Source: Bdellovibrionales bacterium
Lineage (GTDB): Bacteria; Bdellovibrionota; Bdellovibrionia; Bdellovibrionales; UBA1609
Direction: 5' to 3'
Length of the DNA stretch: 32,000 nucleotides
NCBI GenBank assembly: GCA_963692945.1
Contig: OY843585.1
Coordinates: forward strand, 930,001-962,000
Under the pieces are notes generated by a model, which saw only the letters and a list, made by a program, of their open reading frames with translations, was not told where the DNA came from and made no database searches. Shown piece by piece: positions 9,741 through 14,906 of the stretch. How positions within the stretch are numbered: the first letter of the stretch is position 1; each line of letters opens with the position of its first letter. Made by a program: the position numbers and the translations under genes.

Positions 9741-9903
9741 TTCTTTCCTTTTTATTTTCACGAGATTTGAAGAGCAAAGCCCTTCATGCAAAAACCAGTA
9801 GGTTTTCTCTATGTTAAAACTTTCATTTTCACGAGATTTGAAGAACATCTCTCCTGTGATGAAAAGCTCGTGAAAATGAAAGTTCACACACTAGAGTTTT
9901 GTA
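9728..9903. repeat. Composite structured repeat, copy R2, bounded by perfect 14-bp inverted repeats
   Basis: tacaaaactctagt (9728-9741) is the reverse complement of actagagttttgta (9890-9903). Inside are a half-unit at 9752-9787, a 25-nt unit at 9788-9812 and hairpin B at 9818-9884. Segment 9752-9813 matches 11153-11214 at 61 of 62 positions. Confidence 0.9.
9818..9884. repeat. Hairpin B: perfect 18-bp stem and 31-nt loop, same geometry as hairpin A with a different stem sequence
   Basis: aactttcattttcacgag (9818-9835) is the exact reverse complement of ctcgtgaaaatgaaagtt (9867-9884). The loop atttgaagaacatctctcctgtgatgaaaag shares TTGAAGA and GATGAAA(A)G with the hairpin A loop. Confidence 0.9.
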
Positions 9904-9989
9904 GATGTCTTCTCAAGACGATTTACTCTTTTGAGAAGTGAATTTAGATTCTCTTTGAGAGATTCATTTTCTTTTTGAGGGTTCACGAG
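9891..9989 (-). pseudogene. Relic of the 3' end of a tail-fibre-like gene (about 30 codons plus stop)
   Basis: 9891-9976 aligns by eye without gaps to 11288-11373, with 7 mismatches in about 86 nt. It translates as ...ENESLKENLNSLLKRVNRLEKTSTKL*, against ...KENTSLKENLNSLIKRVNRLEKTTTKL* for the intact gene. An in-frame upstream stop lies at 9990-9992. Confidence 0.8.
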
Positions 9990-10173
9990 TTAAAAAGGTT
10001 TTACCTATGTGACTTCTTAATTAGCGAAACAGAGAGAGGATTCATTCTCACGCAAACAAAAAAATTTTATATTCCTGTCTATTCTATGTACAAAAAAACC
10101 CGACTAAGATAAAGGAAAAAAGACTTTCTTGGTTTATACAAGATCATCCAGTTACTTATAAAAACAGAGAATA

Positions 10174-10845
10174 TCAAGACCAGTTTTTTGGCTTGAACAT
10201 TCCATTGACTCTATTGGGAAATTGACTTTCTTTTAAATGACTTTCTTTCAACCTTAAGGTCTTATTTGATATTCTTCTTAAATCCATATGAGTTTCCACC
10301 TTAAAGGGTGTAATGACTACTATTTTCTTCCTTAATTTGTTCCGAGCAAATCTAAGAGGCAATTTTAAATCTGTATCATTTGACAATAATACTACATAGT
10401 CCACGTTTCCCTTACAACAATCATATATAATATGTGTCGCTATATTAACATCTGTTTCTTTTTCTTCGTGCTTAGGAAATTGAAAGATACTTCCTCTTAA
10501 AAGGCTCTTTATTTGCTCTAAGTTTTTAGAGTTCCCTTGCAAAATAGACAATCTTTCTATTTGGTTATTTTTTATTTTTATATGTCTTTTTTTGAACTTA
10601 CCATAAACTATTTCAACTTTTTGAAGAGTCCTTAGAGCAGTTAACCATACATTCTGGTTTTGTGTTGAGTTTGAAAATGGAGTTTTAGCTGTAAAATATT
10701 TTATTTTAATTATCTTATTTAAAGAAGGATCTAAAACAAGGCTAATAAGTTTCTCTATGTTAAGCCATTTATAGGGAGTATCTTTTAATGAATAATAGAG
10801 GTTAAATCCGTCAATATAAACAATGGTATTAGAAGTAGGGAGCAT
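10174..10845 (-). CDS. NYN-domain (PIN-like/LabA-like) predicted ribonuclease
   Basis: IVYIDGFNLYY N-terminal acidic motif, EKETDVNIATHIIYD, and DYVVLLSNDTDLKLPLRFAR followed by KKIVVITP. This order of conserved Asp motifs is typical of NYN domains. Confidence 0.75.
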   Translation of the reverse strand: MLPTSNTIVYIDGFNLYYSLKDTPYKWLNIEKLISLVLDPSLNKIIKIKYFTAKTPFSNSTQNQNVWLTALRTLQKVEIVYGKFKKRHIKIKNNQIERLSILQGNSKNLEQIKSLLRGSIFQFPKHEEKETDVNIATHIIYDCCKGNVDYVVLLSNDTDLKLPLRFARNKLRKKIVVITPFKVETHMDLRRISNKTLRLKESHLKESQFPNRVNGMFKPKNWS

Positions 10846-10859
10846 AAATATTTGGCCAT

Positions 10860-10889
10860 AAAAAAACGAAGGCGATCTTTCAATCGCCT
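10860..10889 (-). terminator. Rho-independent terminator-like hairpin ending 15 nt upstream of the NYN start codon
   Basis: The minus strand reads AGGCGAT-TGAAAG-ATCGCCT (7-bp GC-rich stem, 10870-10876 and 10883-10889), then TCG and T7 (A7 at 10860-10866 on +). Confidence 0.6.
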
Positions 10890-10928
10890 CGCACCTCCCA
10901 GCCGTAGCCGAAGAGGGAAATCACTACT

Positions 10929-10956
10929 AGTATATATACACTAGATAAAAAGTCAA
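10929..10956 (-). promoter_or_regulatory. Sigma70-like promoter TTGACT-N16-TATACT
   Basis: On the minus strand the -35 TTGACT is at 10956-10951 and the -10 TATACT at 10934-10929. It would start a transcript of about 60 nt that runs into the terminator at 10860-10889. Confidence 0.45.
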
Positions 10957-11014
10957 ATCTTATCTTCTTATCTTAATTTTAACATATTTACACTATATGT
11001 TATCGGACTATTAT

Positions 11015-11125
11015 CTGAAAAACTTAAGTTTTTCTCTAGAAATACCTTTTGCGAAAACCAGTAAGATTTCTCTAAGCGAAAACCAGTAAGATTTCTCTAA
11101 GCGAAAACCAGTAGGTTTTCTCTAG
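11015..11125. repeat. Tandem array of the 25-nt mini-hairpin unit (one diverged plus three head-to-tail copies)
   Basis: Unit at 11015-11039 is ctgaaaaacttaagtttttctctag. Units at 11051-11075 and 11076-11100 are both gcgaaaaccagtaagatttctctaa. Unit at 11101-11125 is gcgaaaaccagtaggttttctctag. There are no spacers between the last three. Confidence 0.9.
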
Positions 11126-11150
11126 TTCAAACATAAGTTTATTAAGTAAC

Positions 11151-11300
11151 TCTTATTTTCACGAGATTTGAAGAGCAAAGCCCTTCATGCGAAAACCAGT
11201 AGGTTTTCTCTATGAAACTCTACTTATTTTCTGAACTTGAAGAGTGTCCCTCTTACGATGAAAGGTCAGAAAATAAGTAGAGTAACACTAGAGTTTTGTA
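11151..11300. repeat. Composite structured repeat, copy R3 (full length)
   Basis: It contains a half-unit at 11153-11188, a 25-nt unit at 11189-11213, hairpin A at 11217-11283 and the terminal motif actagagttttgta at 11287-11300, which holds the fibre gene stop. Confidence 0.9.
11217..11283. repeat. Hairpin A, copy 2: perfect 18-bp stem and 31-nt loop
   Basis: 11217-11234 is the reverse complement of 11266-11283. The loop differs from copy 1 at one base (ctctt versus ctttt), a position that could pair with aagag within the loop (G-C versus G-U). Confidence 0.9.
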
Positions 11301-13435
11301 GTTGTCTTCTCAAGACGATTCACTCTTTTGATAAGTGAGTTTAGATTCTCTTTAAGAGATGTATTTTCTTTTTTCAAAGAAGTGAGTTCTCTTTCTAGTT
11401 TTTTATTTGTAGATGCTAATTTCTTCTTTGTTTGAAGTTGTGTCTCTTTTAGTTTTTTTGTCATTTCTTTTGTGGTGGTTTTTACATCATCTGAAGTTTG
11501 TTTAAGTTTAATTTTTGTTTCTTCAATTTGACTTTGGCTCGCTCCCAACTCTTTTTTAACAGTTAAAAACTCTGTTTGAAAAGTCTTTTTTAAATCAGCT
11601 AGAGATTTTGTAAGAGCCGATACAGACTCTTTAAGAAAGTTTAGAGTTTTTGTTGTGGAGCCATAAAATTCTTTAAAGGCTTTTATGATAACAGGAATAA
11701 GCCCTTGATAGTTTAAACTTAAAGTCTTTTTTGGATCTGAACCTTCCAACACTAACTCTGGGTATTCTTTTTGAACCTCTTGAGCAATAAGACCTATCTG
11801 TTTTGTTTGAACTTTATGTTTGTCTTTCCAGTAAAAAGTTTTTGGGTTTAATTTTAAAAGAGAATGGCTTTGATTTTTTAAATCCTTTATCTTGGTTTTG
11901 AGTCTTCGGTCTGATGATGTTTCTGGGAAAAGCCATGCAGGAAGAGTAGGAGAAGACACATTGGTATCCAAGGTGAAATAATCTGAAATACGTCCCGGAG
12001 TAGTAGTAGATTTTTTAACCTTTAATTCGCCATCTATAATCAAATCCCCATGTATTGTAACTTGTCTTTCATCAACTACAACAGGGGCAGTTTCATACCT
12101 TAAATTCCCTGTGATTAAACCACCGATATCTAGTTTGTAACTTTCATCTTCACAAGCAACAGATTTACAGCCAGATCTATGTCCAATAGCAATATTATTA
12201 CTTCCAGTTTTGTTTAAAAGACCTGCAAAGGATCCAAAAAAATTGTTCTCTCTTCCAGTTGTGTTTCCAGTACCTGCAAAGAATCCAAAAAAACTATTCT
12301 TATGTCCACCTATGTTTTGACCACCTGCAAAGGATCCAAAAAAATTGTTCTCTTTTCCAGTTGTGTTTCCAATACCTGCACCACTTCCAAAAAAACTGTT
12401 ACTATCTCCAGTTTCGTTTGTATAACCTGCTTCATATCCAAAAAAACTGTTATTATTTCCAGTTATGTTTGAATAACCTGCACCACTTCCAAAGAAATTG
12501 TTATACTTTCCACCTATGTTTGCACGACCCGCTTGATTTCCAAAAAAACTGTTATTATGTCCACTTGTGTTTGCACGACCTGCAAGGTATCCAAAAAAAC
12601 TGTTAACACCTCCAGTTGTGTTTGAAAGACCTGCACTCCTTCCAAAAAAACTGTTCCACTTTCCACCTGTGTTTTCATGACCTGCTTTATAACCCACAAA
12701 AGTATTCCCTTCACCTGTGTTTGTTGAATTAAGTCTTTTTGTTGATTTCCCTGCTCCAAAACCAAAAGCCGTGTGCTTATCTACACTTACCTCTGTTGTA
12801 TCTCCACAACCAACTAAGCTTAAACTTAATTCACCTGTAGAATCATCTGTCACTTTATAACAATTTGGATTCCCACTCCCACCAACAACTGCATCACCAC
12901 AAACATTTTTAGCATAAGTCAAAGTGGTTGTATCAGCTATGATTAACTCTACCACTTTTTCCACCTCTGTTTTTCTGGTTGCATGAGTAGTAGCTGGTAA
13001 AGCATCTATCTGTGTCTGTATATTTGTAGGAAGACCAGACTTCCCATCTGCTTTATCAATAATTTCTTCATAAAAAAGAGAACAGCATTGAGTGGCTTTT
13101 ACTGGAATATTAAAATCCCATTCTGAACTCAAAGTTCCTGTCCCTCCTGTTAAGTGAATGATTTTAGGTCTTTTTTCATCTGGCACAGCTGTTTTACAAT
13201 CTATTAAATGTTTATCGGTTGCTAAATTAGGATCACACTTCCTAAAATTAAATGTCCAACCTGTTGGTTTATTTGGAGTATAACTATTTAATATGCTTAA
13301 ACATTTTTTACCAGCCTCTGTGTTTGTTAAATTATCTTCACTTGCAAACCTGTCTATAATGGATTGAGATTGAATCACTTTCCAAAGTTCAGTATTAGAA
13401 TCTTTTATTTTTTTTTGTGAAGTGGATTGTTGCAT
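11288..13435 (-). CDS. Phage-tail-fibre-like surface protein. It has a Cys-containing N-terminal region, ten 17-aa NSFFGxxAGxxNTxGxx repeats, an S74-type intramolecular chaperone (autoprocessing) domain and a coiled-coil tail.
   Basis: The repeats are read directly from the translation. SSDRRLKTKIKDL...QIGLIAQEVQKEYPELV...LNYQGLIPVIIKAFKE matches the SDxRxK...GxIAQEV..P..V pattern of the tail-spike/endosialidase C-terminal chaperone domain. The annotated Met is probably not the true start (see the 13436-13671 segment). Confidence 0.8.
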   Translation of the reverse strand: MQQSTSQKKIKDSNTELWKVIQSQSIIDRFASEDNLTNTEAGKKCLSILNSYTPNKPTGWTFNFRKCDPNLATDKHLIDCKTAVPDEKRPKIIHLTGGTGTLSSEWDFNIPVKATQCCSLFYEEIIDKADGKSGLPTNIQTQIDALPATTHATRKTEVEKVVELIIADTTTLTYAKNVCGDAVVGGSGNPNCYKVTDDSTGELSLSLVGCGDTTEVSVDKHTAFGFGAGKSTKRLNSTNTGEGNTFVGYKAGHENTGGKWNSFFGRSAGLSNTTGGVNSFFGYLAGRANTSGHNNSFFGNQAGRANIGGKYNNFFGSGAGYSNITGNNNSFFGYEAGYTNETGDSNSFFGSGAGIGNTTGKENNFFGSFAGGQNIGGHKNSFFGFFAGTGNTTGRENNFFGSFAGLLNKTGSNNIAIGHRSGCKSVACEDESYKLDIGGLITGNLRYETAPVVVDERQVTIHGDLIIDGELKVKKSTTTPGRISDYFTLDTNVSSPTLPAWLFPETSSDRRLKTKIKDLKNQSHSLLKLNPKTFYWKDKHKVQTKQIGLIAQEVQKEYPELVLEGSDPKKTLSLNYQGLIPVIIKAFKEFYGSTTKTLNFLKESVSALTKSLADLKKTFQTEFLTVKKELGASQSQIEETKIKLKQTSDDVKTTTKEMTKKLKETQLQTKKKLASTNKKLERELTSLKKENTSLKENLNSLIKRVNRLEKTTTKL
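12170..12706 (-). repeat. In-frame 51-bp (17-codon) tandem repeats within the fibre gene
   Basis: ccaaaaaaa(c/t)tgtt...cctgca units recur every 51 nt on the + strand. They generate the shadow ORFs 12259-12606 (+) and 12514-12765 (-). Confidence 0.85.
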
Positions 13436-13671
13436 AATAGATGTCCCAACTCCTAAAATAACGATAGCCCCTATTGCCGATGCAATAACAACACTAATAA
13501 TAGCAGAACCTTTTTGATTTAAATAAGAAGGGTTGTTGTTTTTTAAAAGAAAGGAAAGTTTGTGAAATAAAAGAAATTTACATTTTAAAAGTAAATGGGG
13601 GGGGGGGGTAGAAAGATTTTTTTAAAATAAAAAAGAGATTTTCTAGCTCTAGATTTAAAAGCTTTTTTCAT
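13436..13671 (-). other. Out-of-frame 5' segment of the fibre gene: start codon, basic N-terminus, poly-Pro and transmembrane helix
   Basis: ATG 13671 gives MKKAFKSRARKSLFYFKKIFLPPPPIYF, with a stop at 13585. In the fibre frame, 13596-13436 is open and encodes HLLLKCKFLLFHKLSFLLKNNNPSYLNQKGSAIISVVIASAIGAIVILGVGTSI directly before Met 13435. Confidence 0.7.
13597..13608 (-). repeat. G12 (C12 on the coding strand) homopolymer, a candidate slipped-strand phase-variation tract
   Basis: Counted directly: gggg at 13597-13600 plus gggggggg at 13601-13608. Confidence 0.95.
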
Positions 13672-13677
13672 AGATAA

Positions 13678-13706
13678 ATTATGAAGAAGGTTTTAAAAAA
13701 TATCAA
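13678..13706 (-). promoter_or_regulatory. Candidate promoter TTGATA-N17-CATAAT ending 6 nt before ATG 13671 (possible leaderless transcript)
   Basis: On the minus strand the -35 is at 13706-13701 and the -10 at 13683-13678. No Shine-Dalgarno lies between the -10 and the ATG. Confidence 0.35.
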
Positions 13707-13708
13707 CC

Positions 13709-13803
13709 CTAATTTTTCTAGAAGAAAGTAGGGCAAGTAAAGAAAAATCAGCCTATCTAATTTTTCTAGAAGAAAGTAGGGCAAGTAAAGAAAAATCAGC
13801 CTA
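13709..13803. repeat. Perfect 47-nt direct duplication with a 48-nt period
   Basis: ctaatttttctagaagaaagtagggcaagtaaagaaaaatcagccta occurs at 13709-13755 and again at 13757-13803, between the E1-beta stop and the fibre promoter. Confidence 0.95.
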
Positions 13804-13856
13804 AAACCTATAGTTTAGTCACTCACCTAGCAAATTAAGTCAAAATCTAAAAAACA

Positions 13857-14906
13857 TTACCATTTGGAATGGCAGATTTTTTCAATCTCTTCTTGAATGG
13901 TTTTCACTTGTGGAACCGTGTTATTTTCTAAAATAGGGTTTAAACCTACACCTGGTAATTGTTTTCCAGCCAATACAGAAGGTGGAGCAAGTAGATGATA
14001 AAATCCTTCTTGAGTGGAACGATAAGCTAGATGCTCTCCAAAGTTAGCCACTTCAGTATCTTCATTAACAAATAAAACGCGTTGAGTTTTTTCATAGGAT
14101 TTTTTAATCATTTGCCAGTCATAAGGGTAAATAGAGCGTAAATCTATAAGTTCTACACTGACATCTACATTTTTAATAGCTTGTTCACAAAGATGAAGGG
14201 AGCGACCAAAACTAACAATGGTTATATCTTCTCCATGTTGTGCAATCTTTCCTTTTCCAATAGGCACCTTGTATTCTTTAAGTTTGGGCCAATCTGGTTT
14301 CCAATTTTTTCGTTCCTCACCAATAGGAGCGTCAATCCTCTTTTTAAGCTCTTTTTCATCCGAAGGTTCTCCAGGTAGGAGTTCTTTAGATTTTACTCTT
14401 AAGAGAGCTTTAGGCTTTAAATAGATAACAGGGTTAGGGTCTTCAATAGCTGATAGTAAAAGCCCGTAAGCATCCAAAGGGTTAGAAGGAGACACAACTT
14501 TCCAGCCGGGTATTCGCACAGCCCAACTGTCAAAACTATGACTGTGATAAATAGAACCATGAATACCAGCTCCATTAGGTGTCATCAATACAAGTGGTAA
14601 CGAAAATTGTCCATGGCTACACCATAAGTTGTTTCCTGCTAATTTTAAGAGATCTATTGTGTTGAATATATAATCTGTAAATTGAATTTCAGCAACGCAC
14701 CTTTTTCCAGTCATAGAGATGCCTATCGCTGTTCCTACAATGCCTCTTTCATCAAGAGGAGTGTTCCAAGTGGTTTCTAAACCTTGTGTGGCTGTAAAGA
14801 CACCTCCTAATGGAGGGCCAACATCTTCACCAAAAATATCTTTTAAATCTAAATGCTTTTCTCCATAGTGAAGAGCCATTCGTATTGCTTGTACCATGTT
14901 TGCCAT
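13857..14906 (-). CDS. 2-oxoacid (branched-chain/pyruvate-type) dehydrogenase E1 component, beta subunit
   Basis: MANMVQAIRMALHYGEKHLDLKDIFGEDVGPPLGGVFTATQGL... and AEIQFTDYIF are typical E1-beta sequences. The start abuts the alpha subunit's stop. Confidence 0.85.
   Translation of the reverse strand: MANMVQAIRMALHYGEKHLDLKDIFGEDVGPPLGGVFTATQGLETTWNTPLDERGIVGTAIGISMTGKRCVAEIQFTDYIFNTIDLLKLAGNNLWCSHGQFSLPLVLMTPNGAGIHGSIYHSHSFDSWAVRIPGWKVVSPSNPLDAYGLLLSAIEDPNPVIYLKPKALLRVKSKELLPGEPSDEKELKKRIDAPIGEERKNWKPDWPKLKEYKVPIGKGKIAQHGEDITIVSFGRSLHLCEQAIKNVDVSVELIDLRSIYPYDWQMIKKSYEKTQRVLFVNEDTEVANFGEHLAYRSTQEGFYHLLAPPSVLAGKQLPGVGLNPILENNTVPQVKTIQEEIEKICHSKW

Noticed and set aside
9612-9887. Minus-strand 91-aa ORF spanning the nuclease gene's 3' end and repeat R2
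   Set aside because: It runs through the hairpin and mini-hairpin repeat and overlaps the better-supported + strand gene, and it has no RBS or recognisable sequence. It is a by-product of the repeat.
10862-10925. GC-rich patch as a tRNA fragment or integration att site
   Set aside because: There is no T-loop consensus (TTCRANY), no acceptor/CCA context and no cloverleaf. The hairpin plus T7 fits an intrinsic terminator better.
11015-11125. CRISPR array hypothesis for the 25-nt repeats
   Set aside because: The units abut directly with no spacers, there are only 3-4 copies, 25 nt is short for a CRISPR repeat, and no cas genes are in the window.
8963-11300. Integron with attC-bounded gene cassettes
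   Set aside because: The repeat-gene-repeat layout is superficially similar and attC sites also conserve structure over sequence. However, I find no RYYYAAC/GTTRRRY core pair at the hairpin ends, no intI next to the array, and the cassettes are in opposite orientations.
12259-12765. ORFs 12259-12606 (+) and 12514-12765 (-) inside the fibre gene
   Set aside because: These are alternative-frame and antisense readings of the 51-bp tandem repeats. Periodic repeats keep several frames open.
11288-13671. Fibre gene as part of a prophage
   Set aside because: No capsid, tail, baseplate, lysis or integrase genes flank it within this window. The neighbours are E1-beta and the nuclease islet. A remnant origin cannot be excluded.
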